Source: Octopus sinensis
Taxonomy: Eukaryota
DNA length: 64,000 nt
NCBI RefSeq assembly: GCF_006345805.1
Contig: NC_042998.1
Span: 192,386,001-192,450,000 of the forward strand
Direction of reading: 5' to 3'
Shown: piece by piece, positions 39,683 through 54,133 of the stretch
Position numbering within the stretch: the stretch's first letter is position 1
Layout: each line of letters starts with the position of its first letter
Made by a program: the position numbers and the translations under genes
The notes under the pieces: model-generated
What the model saw: only the letters and a program-made list of their open reading frames with translations
Told to the model about the DNA's origin: nothing
Database searches by the model: none

Positions 39683-40099
39683 TATTTCTTTACTACCCAC
39701 AAGGGGCTAAACACAGAGAGGACAAACAAGGACAGACAAACAGATTAAGTCGATTACATCGACCCCAGTGCATAAATGGTACTTAATTTATCGACTCCGA
39801 AAGGATGAAAGGCAAAGTCGACTTCGGTGGAATTTGAACTCAGAACGTAACTGCAAACGAAATACCTATTTCTTTACTATCCACAAGGGGCTAAACACAG
39901 AGAGGACAAACAAGGACATACAAACAGATTAAGTCGATTACATCGACCCCAGTACGTAACTGGTACTTAATTTATCGACCCCGAAAGGATGAAAGGCAAA
40001 GTCGATCTCGGCGGAATTTGAACTCAGAACGTAACGGCAGACGAAATACCGCTAAGCATTTCGCCCGGCGTGCTAACAATTCTGCCAGCTCGCCGCCTT
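39683..40099 (-). mobile_element. SINE family A dimer inserted in an older SINE
   Basis: 18-bp TSD TTGATGAAATA(G/A)AGTATC (39665-82, 40100-17); the flanks rejoin into an older plus-strand SINE. Confidence 0.9.
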
Positions 40100-41113
40100 T
40101 TGATGAAATAAAGTATCGGTCACGTATTGGAGTCCTTGTAATCAACTTGCCCCTTCCCTCAAAATTACTAAGCTTATACCGAAATTTGAAACCACTACTA
40201 CGACAACCATTGATTCCATTTTTTATTATTTGATCTCTCTCAAAGCTCCCAAAACGATTTCACATTCTACCGAGCTGAACTTCGCCTTCTATCCCTCCAT
40301 GGTCGATAAAAAAAGTACCAGTCAAGAACTGAGGCCAACATTATCGATTTACCCCTTCCCTGAAAACTGCTGGCTTTCAGTTTAATGTTGCCTCGGATAG
40401 ACCCTTCGAACTGTTATGATGTCCGCTGAATGGACTGTACTCGCAATTTTATCGAGCCATGTCACACGGAATAACTACGTTATGAGTATGTCTTTGGAAT
40501 ACTCAACCACTTTTATTCTAATTCTTTGAATAAGGGATTTAGTAGTTCATCATTACTATTATGGTAGACGTTGCTGAGGCATTGAGCTGGCAGAATCATT
40601 AGAATGTCGTGGAAAATACTTTGCAGCATTTCTTCCGACTTAACGTTCTGCGTTCGAATTCCACCGAGGTCGACTATACATTACATCCTTTCGGCGGGCA
40701 ATAAAATAAGTACCAGTTGAACACAGGGGTCGGTGTAAGCGACTTACCATCTTCCATGAAAATGCTGGCCTTGTGCCAAAATTTGAAACCAATATTGTAG
40801 AAGTTGCTGCTGTAATTTGTAACATTGATTTCAGTTTTTGGCACAAGACCAGTAATTTCGGGGGTGGTGTAAGTCGATTACATCGACTCCAGAGCTCAGT
40901 TGGTACATATTTTGTCGAATCCGAAAGGACGAAAAGCAAAGTTGACTCTGGCGGAATTTGAACTCAGAAGGTAAAGACAGACGAAATACCGCAGCGCACT
41001 TTACCCGACATGCTAACGTTTCTGCCAGTCCGCCGCCTCAACTATAGTTTCATGCAGTGATTTCAAATTTTTGTACAACGTCAATGATTTTGTGGGAAGT
41101 GATAGGTCGATTA

Positions 41114-41534
41114 CTTATTTCTTATTTCTTTATTGCTCACAAGGGGCTAAACATAGAAGGGACAAACAAGAACAGACAAGGGGATTAGGTCGATTACATC
41201 GACCCAGTGCGTAACTGGTACTTAATTTATCGACCCCGAAAGGATGAAAAGCAAAGTCGACCTCGGTGGAATTTGAACTCAGAATTTAAAGACAGACGAA
41301 ATACCTATTTCTTTACTGCCCACAAGGGGCTAAACACAGAGATGACAAACAAGGACAGAAAAGGGGATTAAGTCGATTACATCGACCCACTGCGTAACTG
41401 GTACTTAATTTATCGACCCCGAAAGGATGAAAGGCAAAGTTGACCTCGGCGGAATTTGAACTCAGAACGAAAAGACAGACGAAAATCTGCTAAGCATTTC
41501 GCCCGGCGTGCTAACGTTTCTGCCAGCTCGCCGC
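41114..41534 (-). mobile_element. SINE family A dimer inserted in an older SINE
   Basis: 14-bp TSD TGATAGGTCGATTA (41100-13, 41535-48). Confidence 0.9.
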
Positions 41535-41939
41535 TGATAGGTCGATTATATCAACCCTCAGTGCTCAGGTGGTAACTTATTAAATCCACCTCGGAAGGAT
41601 GAAAGGCAAAGTAGCGGCTTTGATCCGTCTTTACGTTCTCAATTCAAATCCCGCCGAGGTCAACTTTGTGCACCGAGGTCGACTTTGTGCACCGAGGTCG
41701 ACTTTCATCTTTTCGCGGTCGATAAAATAAGTACCAGTTAAGCACGGGGTGGGGTATTTTATTCAGCTGCTGTACATCAAAGATTATAAAATCTAATATG
41801 TCCTTCATTTGTTATAAGAGGATGGAATGCAATGTGAAAAAAAATTTAGCTGCTATTCCTAGCATGTCGAGCAACCACTTAGAGATTTCTTTGCTTCTAG
41901 TTTTAATCGCGATGGTGCTGATGTCTGTGCTATACTTAC

Positions 41940-43270
<1,331 letters not shown>

Positions 43271-43659
43271 GGAAGGAGTGTTTGTTGCTGTTAGTGTAAT
43301 TGCCTTTGCTCTTCTAGTCGTAATTGTTGTTCGTTTATAGTTTATACAACGGTGATGTATACATTATTTGTCCCAGGAATAATAATAATAATAATAATAA
43401 CAGTAGCAACCATTATAACAACAACAACAACAACAGTAACAACAATAACAGCAATAGTTAATCACAAATGTAAACAATACACGAGAAACCAACGTAACAA
43501 ACCAGCAAAAAAAAAAAATCCCCAGTAAATCTAACAACTCCATTGGAAAACAAAATTAAATGCACACACATACACACAGATTTATATGCACCCATAAACA
43601 TATATACCCCCAGCCACACACTGTACAGCAACCCATGTATTTATATGCCATCCCTCACT

Positions 43660-43731
43660 ACACACGCACACACCTATATATACATGTATGTGTGCGTGTA
43701 TGTGTATCTGTGTATGTATATATGTGTATGC

Positions 43732-43762
<31 letters not shown>

Positions 43763-44090
43763 ATATATATGTACATTTATATGTATAAACACACCCATAA
43801 GCATATATCCCACACTATACAAACACCACACACATATGCATATATTTCATCCCTCAGTACACATTCAGAAATATATACACACCCATATATATATATATAT
43901 ATACCTACACTCACCCATATACATACATATATATACATGCATACATATATATATATATATGCATATATATATATATACATATATATGTATATACATACAT
44001 ATATATATATATACATACATATATATATATACATATATATATATACATACATATATATACATATATATATATATATACATACATACATAT

Positions 44091-44123
<33 letters not shown>

Positions 44124-44397
44124 CATACATGCAAACACATATACGTACCATCCTACCCCCTTCCCACGCACATTCAAGAAACGATCCCTGGTACTTCTGA
44201 CTTCTGATCGCGTCTACCATTTATCATATCCCACAGTTTTTACTACGTCTAAACTTATTTGTTCTAATCAAATTCTTCAATAATAACTGGACCGAGTTGA
44301 GATTAAAGTAGATAAAAAGAAATTTCTCGGTACAAAGAGGATTTTGGCCGACTTTCATTCTCCTGCTTTCCTCTTCTTCTTTCCTTCTTCTTTCCTT

Positions 44398-44428
<31 letters not shown>

Positions 44429-44531
44429 GCCTTTTCATTCCACGATCTTTCTCTTTCAACAGAAACCATTCTCTCGATTCCTGTCTGCTCATTTCTTCAG
44501 TAATTTCCCTTTCATTTCTCTCATGGCATTT

Positions 44532-44610
<79 letters not shown>

Positions 44611-44821
44611 ACTCACTCATTCTATATATCGCTTATCGCTTTCTCTCTCATGCTTGCACAATCACATATACACATAAACACACACACACTAATATATATA
44701 ATATATATATATATATAATATATATATATACATACATATATACATACATATAAATATATACATATATATATATACACATATAATATATACATACATATAT
44801 ACATATTATATATATATATAC

Positions 44822-44852
<31 letters not shown>

Positions 44853-44896
44853 GATATATATATACATATATACATACATATATATATATATATATG

Positions 44897-44928
<32 letters not shown>

Positions 44929-44930
44929 AA
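43660..44930. repeat. (TA/TACA)n, (CTT)n and (CT)n microsatellite cluster
   Basis: Directly visible. Confidence 0.95.
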
Positions 44931-46194
44931 CGGGCATACACAGACGAGCGCAACAACGTCTAAATATTTATGTGTTTCAAATATGTATTCCATGTAATTG
45001 TTTGAACTCGATCGCAAAGAAGTGTGTAAAAAGAACAGAAATAGAAAAGAGAACGAAATAAGAGAGAGAGAGAGAGAGAACAGAAGAACTATCTGGTAAG
45101 AGAGGGGGAAAGTAAGAAGAAAGAAAAAGGAAAAGGAAAAGAGAGAGGTGAAAAGAAATAATAAAGGGAGCATTTAAGCGAGCGATGTAGAAATGTGGAA
45201 GAGAGGCTTTAAAGAAGAGAGAATCATTGAGAAACCATTATTCATTGACTTTGTTGCCTTGATCAAATGGGAAGGATTACATTGCGAAAGTCTGGGGTCA
45301 AAGAAAGGCACCATGCTTTCTGGGTAGTTATTAGATTCAATAAACATCGTCTAGAATGGGAATAGTTTTATCAATAGCAACTACTCTTACAGCATGTTAG
45401 ATTGATCGTTAAGCGCTGCTATAAAATCAATTCCCCAACTAACATAAATATGAGAATAATACGTGCTACTCAAATTCACTTTATGTCACACAGAAAATTG
45501 TTTCATTCTCAATGGTTTACTTCAATGTCGAGAAAAAGCACTATGAATTAGTTAAAAGCTCGGACACGCAACTCTTAACTGACGAGAACACAATTGTTGT
45601 TACCTTCAGTCTAGCGATGTTTATTTGTACATATTAGTTTCATTCCATAAACACGGAGTTTTATATAGAAGTTATTTAAGAGGGGATGTTTCGAAAATTA
45701 TTTTGCTATCCGTTTATTATCACATTGAGGCTAGAATTGTTCATAAATTCAAATGAAAGATTAATATCTGTGTCTAATTTGCATGAACGGTGCAATGATT
45801 TATACAATGAGCCTTAATGAGTTTATTCTAGTCCCTTCCACAGAATATGACTTCGCCTCCTCGGAACAGTGTCTTGGCTAACTTTGCAATATAATTCTTT
45901 AAGAGTCAACAAAGGAATCTCTATGTAGTCGCTTTATCTGGTAGAAATAACAGTCAAAACTCCCTCAGATCTCACTTTATTTCCACCATTGAAAATAAGA
46001 CCGTAACATTAAGTAACGTTCTATAAGACGTGATGGTCACAATTAGACCGGAACGCCTTTAATCACCAGTTTCCTCGATCGATGTAGCCTTGAGCTAAAT
46101 AACAGCATGATGTTCATCTATGTAGAAAATCGTTATCGCTACTCTAACTCCAAAGCTTTCTGCGGCAGTTGCTGTTTTATTCTAATTAATTACT

Positions 46195-46309
46195 TTATTA
46201 ATTATCATCATCATTATTATTATTATTATTATTGTTATTATTATTATTATTATTATTATCATTATTATCATTATTATCATTATTATCATTATCATTATTA
46301 TCATTATTA

Positions 46310-46352
<43 letters not shown>

Positions 46353-46365
46353 CATTATTATCATT

Positions 46366-46409
<44 letters not shown>

Positions 46410-46410
46410 C
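46195..46410. repeat. (ATT/ATC)n tract
   Basis: Directly visible. Confidence 0.95.
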
Positions 46411-47187
46411 TGATTAAGAATCGCTAGAAATCTATGAATTTATAGATTTTTTTTTCTGTTTGCGCTTTATGCATAAAATCTATAAACAAATATATTTTAC
46501 GTTTAGTCAAATATATTTTAAGTTTAGACAAATATATTTTACGTTTAATCACAACTCCAATAAATATCGATGCGGTGAAAAAAAAAAAAGAAGATAGCAC
46601 AAACAGTGAAACTTAATTTTTGTTTTTAGTAGTCATTATTGAATATAGATAATGTTGTTATCTTATGGCTTGGTTTGGTTTTTAGGCGGGGTTGGCACCG
46701 TACTAGCCCCCTAATTCAGTAGAACTATAAAGAAAGGCTTCCAAACCAGTTCATCACTTTAGGGGAGGGGTGTCAAAGTGTACATTATCCGCCCTTTTTG
46801 AGGTCGTTGGATGCGATTTAAAGTGAATTAGGGAGCTATTTCTAGTATGTCGGTGTAACTCACTCGTTAGATCGATTTCCCAAATTGGATCAGCTTCCTC
46901 ATTAGTAATTGAATTATTGGTAGTGCTGTGTTAGTGCTAATAATTCTTGCTTTTGCTATAAGAATTTCCAGTAAATATCATAATCCTTCTACCAGCAAAT
47001 TCTGAATAGTATATTTTCACAAAGCATTGTGTAAAGATTGCACTTGTTAATAATAAAGCATCGTAATAAAGATTTAGAACAGTCGGGGGCAAATTGCGGA
47101 CCGCGAGCCGCATGCAACCCGTTTGGATTTCTGAATGGTACTCCCACTTTCATGAGAAAAATGACATTTATGAAAATTTTGTTTCGT

Positions 47188-47285
<98 letters not shown>

Positions 47286-47326
47286 GAAGGATTTGGAGAG
47301 GGGTGATAACTATTAAATACTCCCTT

Positions 47327-47930
47327 GCCTATTTCTTTACTACCCACAAGGGGCTAAACACAGAGAGGACAAACAAGGACAGACAAAGGGATTAAGTCGA
47401 TTATATCGACCCCAGTGCGTAACTGGTACTTATTTAATCGACCCCGAAAGGATGAAAGGCAAAGTCGACCTCTGCGGAATTTGAACTCAGAACGTAACGG
47501 CAAACGAAATACCTATTTCTTTACTACCCACAAGAGGCTAAACACAGAGAGGACAAACGAGGACAGACAAACGGATAAAGTCGATTACATCGACCCCAGT
47601 GCGTAACTGGTACTTAATTTATCGACCCCGAAAGGATGAAAGGTAAAGTCGACCTCGGCGGAATTTCAACTCAGAACGTAGCGGCAGACGAAATACCTAC
47701 TTCTATACTACCCACAAGAGGCTAAACACAGAAGGGACAAACAAGGACAGACACACGGATTAAGTCGATTATATCGACCTCAGTATGTAATTGGTACTTA
47801 TTTAATCGACCCCGAAAGGATGAAAGACAAAGTCAACCTCTGCGGAATTTCAACTCAGAACGTAGCGGCAGACGAAATGCCGCTAAGCATTTCGCCCAAC
47901 GTGCTAACGTTTCTGCCAGCTCGCCGCCTT
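47327..47930 (-). mobile_element. tRNA-derived SINE family A, trimer (3 x 184-bp units)
   Basis: Units begin at 47327, 47511 and 47695; single head at the right; perfect 18-bp TSD ACTATTAAATACTCCCTT (47309-26, 47931-48). Confidence 0.92.
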
Positions 47931-48611
47931 ACTATTAAATACTCCCTTACCTGTTAATGTCGACTGCGTTGTGGGTACACCAATTAGAAAACAAGAAAAA
48001 TATTCGCCACCGTCAGTCATCCGTGTTATTTTCAATGCACCTCAGAGTCTATTTGCAGCCATCCAAAAATTCATGAGCCTTAAACTGGCATCTCAGGACA
48101 CTACAACAACGAATGAAAATTACTGATTTAATATTTGATTTCCAGTTTCCACCGTTTATAATGACTTGTGGTAATTCAGTAACTATAACTACACTTGCGT
48201 ATCGAGTAGCGTTGTTATACAGGATTGACAAAATTTTATTGCCAAAGTTACGTTACACGATACGCACGTATAGTTACACTCGCTGAATTCTCACAAGTTA
48301 TCAAGCGTTAGAAACAGAACTTGAAAATGAAAACAATAATAAACATGTTTGTTTTAATTTCATTTTTGATATCCCAGCTCGTCGTTTCATCCAAAAATTG
48401 GGAAAATTCTGAAAAGATGAGAAAATTGCATGAAAAGTGCGCAAATAATTACTTTTCCGATGAAGTAAAAAGAAGACCAATGCGTTTAGTATGTTATTGA
48501 TCCATCTCTTCTTTTAAATAGTTTGATTTTAAGTGGGTACGATAACTTTGAGGGAGATATTTAGAAACAGAAATCGAATCCCTCAAGAAACAAATCGGTA
48601 ACCTAAATATG

Positions 48612-48844
48612 TATTTCTTTACTACCCACAAGGGGCTAAACACAAAGAGGACAAACAAGGACAGACAAACGGATTAAGTCGATTATATCGACCCCAGTGC
48701 GTAACTGGTACTTAATTTATCGACCCCGAAAGGATGAAAGGCAAAGTCGACCTCGGCGGAATTTGAACCCAAAACGTAGCGGCAGCCGAAATACTGCTAA
48801 GCATTTCGCCCAGCGTGCTAACGTTTCTGCCAGCTCGCCGCCTT
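48612..48844 (-). mobile_element. SINE family A monomer inside the hAT fossil
   Basis: Near-consensus unit plus head. Confidence 0.88.
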
Positions 48845-49496
48845 TATACGATCTTTTCTAAAAGCCAAGAAGGATCCGAAGAAATTTTACATGCAAACTC
48901 TGTTGCTGGGGGAAAAAAAACTCGTTAAACATTCAAAACAGTTAAGCCAACGCTGAATTTGTGAAATTATGTCTTTCGACAGTGTCTGAACTTTTATGCC
49001 CGGAAAAGTTAAATATGTTTGGCAAGATTAGCTTGTCTCGCAGAACAGTAATAAGATAAGTTGAAGAAATTGCGACAGATATTGAGAATTTAATTATCTC
49101 TCACTGGCTATCGACGGATATCGAGAATTTTATTCTCTTTTACTAGCTATTGACGAAAGCACAAAGTATCCGATTCGGCTCATCTGGCATTTTCGTACGT
49201 GATATTGATGAATCAATTAATATTATCGAAAACTTACAGCTCAGACAATGAAGGCAACATTATATGTTATAACATTAATGAAGAAATGAAGAAAGTTAAA
49301 TCTTCCGCTTGAGAGGCTCTTTAGTGTAGCAACAGATGAGGCCCCAACAATGGCTGGACCTAAGAAAGGTTTTCTATCCAAATCAAAAGACGAATGAACT
49401 TCTTTGAATTCAATAAACAGTGACTTTGCAACGACTCATTGCATAATTCATCATGAAAATTTATATGCAAAGTCTGTAAAATTTCAAAATGTTATA

Positions 49497-49830
49497 CCGT
49501 AAATCCTCGAGTATAATACGCACTTTTTTCCCCAAAATTTAAAGGTCACAATCCCTAGTGCGTACTATATACGAGGTTAAAATGAAAAATATTTTCTAAG
49601 CAATGTCCGAGTCTCTATTTGCTGTCCGGCAATGTTTATTCAGACGCATTTTGTGATGTCGGGCGCGAAAATACCTTAAGCTAAGCCTGAAAGCAATGAA
49701 GTCATAAAACATCATCCATAACTTGCAGTAAGCGTATTATACACAAGGTTTAGGTTTTTCAGAAGTATAGCCCCCTGAAAAATCCCCTGCGTATTATATT
49801 CAAGGGCGGACTATACTCCAAGATTCACGG
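49497..49830. mobile_element. Tc1/mariner-pogo-type MITE (334 bp)
   Basis: TA TSD (49495-96, 49831-32); TIRs CCGTAAATCCTCGAGTATA and TATACTCCAAGATTCACGG; splits the hAT reading frame. Confidence 0.85.
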
Positions 49831-50120
49831 TACGTAAAGCCACAATTTTTATAAAATCCCGAGTACATAACCTTCACCGATTTAAAGAGTTCTTCGAATA
49901 TCTTGGATCAGAGTATGATGATCCTGTTTACTACTGTTCGCTGACTCAGTAATGGGAAGATGCTTCGACGGATTTATAGTCTAAGAGAAGAGGTGTGCGC
50001 CTTCTTAGAAATAAAGGGTTAATTTTCCCAGAGCTAAAGGATGAAAACTAGATTTGTGACCTTTTTATTTCTTGTAAATATCACAACTGCAAAAGCAGAA
50101 TCAGTTGATACATTAGATAT

Positions 50121-50660
50121 TGTCATATCGAAACTTTTGAAACTGTGTGGACGCCCCCAGACATTGAAGTAGACTAGCCCAATACGTAGATATAGAGGGA
50201 GAAGTCTATAGATGCCGAGAGGAGCAGACTAGAGTCGAGTAGAGTAGCAGAGAATATCGGAAAATAGAAGAACAATTTTAGAGAACGTATAACGGTTCAA
50301 ATAATTGTAATGGTAGACGATAATTAATTGTTATGTAAATACATGATAAAAACGGACAGTTTAAAAAGATTAATGGTAATGCATGTGATGAGGGGCGCAT
50401 GTGATGAGGGGCCATTCATAACCCCTTTATTGTATAACCATCTCATCATATTCGTTCTATGTATTGTCTTCTCAGTGGTGTCCTGTCTGTCCTTGTTTGT
50501 CCCCCTCTATATTTGGACCCTTGTGGCTAAAAAGAAACCGAGTAGAGTAGCAGAGAACAGTTGAATAGCAGGTAGACTAGAACAGAGTAGAGGTCATCCG
50601 AACGTGCGACATAGCAGTGGTGACGAGGATTTCGTAGCTCACACAGCCACTGTGTAGTAT
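50121..50660 (+). mobile_element. LTR-retrotransposon remnant: LTR plus primer-binding site
   Basis: TGTC(50121)...GACA(50611), then TGGTGACGAGGAT (50618-30). This is a 12/13 match to the complement of the eukaryotic tRNA-Ser(GCU) 3' end (ATCCTCGTCGCCA). The hAT frame resumes after ~50670. Confidence 0.6.
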
Positions 50661-50955
50661 TGCGATATAACAGAATCAAAATTTCAGATCAACTCAGAAC
50701 TAGCGACACTTTCTATTTCCCCAACACTAAGGAGTCAAGATACAATGGCTTTGCTGAGTTCAGTAAGTTGAAATAAGAACGAACACCAGATTTAAGAACT
50801 TCAAAACTAGAGAAACTAATTTTAACCTTTTTAGAAATTCATGTAACGCACAAAAGGAACTGCAAATGGAAATAATTGAACTTCAGAGTGATTAATTTTT
50901 TAGGCAAAAATTCAAAAACGAATTTTTATGGAAATCATTCTGAAGTAAACCACCC

Positions 50956-51404
50956 GGATCTTTTCGATTTGAACGGCAGTTTTTTTTAGCGGTGTCATAT
51001 GAAATTGTCACCCATAATTATGACCCTAGTATCGATCTATTGCATTTCAATCTGTTTTAGAGTTAGGTTTAGTTAGGTTTAGTTAGGGTTAGTGTTAGGG
51101 TTAGTGTTAGGGGGGAGGGTATCTTTTTTTCTTCACAAATGTAAATAAAACCCAATCTGTTTCTTAAACGAGGGACATATTCATACGGCACAGAATGATT
51201 TTACCTCAATGGACGTAATTGATTGGTTGAAATTGCAGAAATTGAAGAAAAAAAACAACAAATATCTTACAAACTATAGAATTTTCTCAATAAAGCCAAG
51301 AGAAAAAGATGTTTTATAAACACATTCTACCAGTATACGAAGTTTAAAATTTTTTAGTTACTTAGAAATTATGTTAAAAACTGCCGTTCAAACCGAAAAG
51401 ATCC
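50956..51404. mobile_element. MITE with ~28-bp TIRs and an 8-bp TSD (Mutator- or hAT-type)
   Basis: TIR GGATCTTTTCG(A/G)TTTGAACGGCAGTTTTT at both ends; TSD AAC(C/T)ACCC at 50948-55 and 51405-12; contains TTAGGG-like repeats. Confidence 0.8.
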
Positions 51405-51891
51405 AACTACCCCCAAAATACTGTGCTTATAAAACAAGATGCACCACCAAGTTTGGTTATACGCAAAAATATGAACAACTTTTTATTAGAATGAAAATAA
51501 TTGTTGAAAACTAACTCAATATTGACAGAGATTCATCTCGGAGACAGTTTACTGGTTGCCGTATCGGAAATACGTGTAAACATTGGGAAATATGTTAAAA
51601 AAATAAAACAACGCCAAATTCTTACTAACATTTATAATTTCTATTTACGTCAATAAGAAATGAATAATAAATAAGATGTTTCTTGTTTGTATTTTGTTAA
51701 GAAGCCTTTTAATCATTGTATGTAGTTTAGTCGTTAATGTTGTTCATTTTTTTTCACATCATTTTGGTTGTTATGCTTGTCAGGTGACGTTAGTTTATTT
51801 TTCAATTTCTTCTTTTTGGGGGAGTTTTGTGTTTCTTACCTTTAATCAGGCTGAAATTTCTTTTAGACTGTAGTTTAAAACAGTTCGACTA

Positions 51892-52287
51892 TCTTTATAT
51901 ATAAAAGTCAAGTTGTGTGTCTGTCTCCTACGATTTAGATTCCTAACTACTCCCACATTTTGCGGTACAGTGTAACCAAAAGGGGGTATCTTATAGTCGT
52001 GATTCATATCGAGCCCTTCTGGGTATTAGCGCGCGTCTACGATCAGTCTACGATTTTAAAAATAATTTATCATCATTTTTTCCATTTTAATGCATTTTTT
52101 CGCTATTATATAAGGGAAGTAACTCTCTAAAAATGTCTACGATGAGTCAACGATTTAAAAAAAATTTACCATCATTTTTTTTCCATTTTTAATGCATTTT
52201 TTTGCTATTTTTTAGCTATAACTCTCTAAAATTGCTTATATAGTTATTTCCCTTACAAACCCAAGCAACGCCGGGCGATACTGCTAG
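51892..52287 (+). mobile_element. Non-autonomous Helitron-like element
   Basis: A|TCTTTATATATAAAAG...AAGCAACGCCGGGCGATACTG-CTAG|T, with an internal ~95-bp tandem duplication. Confidence 0.7.
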
Positions 52288-53245
52288 TATACATATAAAA
52301 CGTTAATTAAGTACGTTTCTTGAGCTTAGTAACCTTTTATTGAAGGTAACGTTTTCAGCATTTTAAACCATTGACGATTTTCAATAAGGAAGACCACACG
52401 TATAAAAATCTCTTGCTTTAGAAACGGGAAACGTTACTTTTGATTTTTCTTTTTCTTTTTTTTTTCTTCGAATAGTCAAATGAATAAATTAAAAACAATT
52501 CTTACTACTTTTTTGTGTATTTTTATATTAACGTTATATTTCAGTTTAACAGTGTCCAATAAAAATGTTTAGATTGATAAATGTACACCTGGGAAAAATA
52601 TATAATTTTACTAAAATTTTGATACACAGAATATGAAGATATCCAATTTTTTTTTCAATATATGGATCATACAGGTATTCGTATTAATACACTGATCTTC
52701 CATGAAGTCATTTTTTTTTCATTGTAGTTATTCTGTAATGTATCCCGGCAGCAGCCTGTGTTAAACACACTACCATCAGTAATGATATTATAACAAAACC
52801 TCAGTTTTTTTATTATTGAAAAATCTTCTCTCCGAAGAAAAATGACAATTGTTCCCTACTTCTAAATCAGATGCTTACGCGCATAAACTTCTGCAGTAAA
52901 AATGGTTGAGGTACCTTCAACGAAAAATTACCTCGAATATTTTATTGCTGCGGCACATGCAGCCCAATGCTCACCCATGTCGGCCCATACCTGGTTTAAA
53001 CCCTTTCGTTGTAGTTTTACCCTCTTGAGGACAATAGCTAAGGGAGAAATCTTTGAGAAACGACCTCAAAACGTAAGTACTGCGAGAATAGATGCAATCA
53101 CTTAACCGTTAAAAACAAATCATTGAGATTAATTACTCAGTGACGCCCTCCATAAGAAAATCAACAGCTACATAGATATTAGAAAAATTTAATATAGAGC
53201 ATCAAAAATATTAATTAAAAGTACTGATGTGGTATGGAATGTTGA

Positions 53246-53667
53246 GGGCGGCGAGCTGGCAGAAACGTTAGCACGCCGGGCGAAATGCTAAGCGGTATTT
53301 CATCTGCCGTTACGTTCTGAGTTCAAATTCCGCCGAGGTCAACTTTGCCTTTCATTCTTTCGGGGTCGATTAAATAAGTACCAGTTACGCACTGGGGTCG
53401 ATGTAATCGACTTAATCCGTTTGTCTGTCCTTGTTTGTCCTTTCTGTGTTTAACCCCTTGTGGGTAGTAAAGAAATAGGTATTTCGTCTGTCGCTATGTT
53501 CTGAGTTCGAATTCCACCGAGGTCGACTTTGCCTTTCATCCTTTCGGGGTCGATAAATTAAGTACCAGTTACGCACTGGGGTCGATATAATCGACTTAAT
53601 CCCTTTGTCTGTCCTTGTTTGTCCTCTCTGTGTTTAGCCCCTTGTGGGTAGTAAAGAAATAGGTATT
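53246..53667 (+). mobile_element. SINE family A dimer
   Basis: Head plus two units ending GTAAAGAAATAGGTATT. Confidence 0.9.
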
Positions 53668-54133
53668 CATAACGTTTCTTTTAAAAAGCTTTTATGAAAC
53701 TGAATTAGATTTCGATTTCCAATTGAATCTCGTTTTTCCGTTTCTTCATACAGTGCAGTCTTAAAAAGAAAATCAAGTACTCGGAGTTTTCGGGATAATT
53801 ATTGTTTAAACTTTGTGGTGACATCACGACTTACAAATGCAATCGAATAAATATGTTTCCCAAAATACCAAAATATTATTTTAGAAGATAACACTACCTA
53901 AACTGCATTATTGTACTCTTATAAAAGTACAATAATGCTGTATTTTTTGTATGATAACCACTGTCATGAAAATTTATTTTCGTTCTTCATAAAATTCCTA
54001 ATAATATCGAAAACTACTACCTTAAATTCACTTACAAACGGGAATGAATTTTCAATGAAAAAAACATTGTCGGATTATTAGAGACAAATTGGATAAAACG
54101 TCATCTTTACGCAAATATGAACAAGTACTTGTA

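Larger units (their letters stand above)
47078..51650 (+). mobile_element. hAT (Charlie/SPIN-like) transposon fossil carrying nested insertions
   Basis: Left end CAGTCGGGGGCAAATTGCGGACCGCGAGCCGCATGC. Transposase relics from ~48415: ISLSRRTV, LAIDEST, SVATDEAPTMAG, HCIIHHENLYAK, ELQMEIIELQSD, YEQLFIRMK. Right TIR not identified. Confidence 0.8.

Noticed and set aside
47327-47930. Regularly spaced repeats resembling a CRISPR array
   Set aside because: The units are 184-bp SINE bodies with no unique spacers and no cas genes; eukaryotic context.
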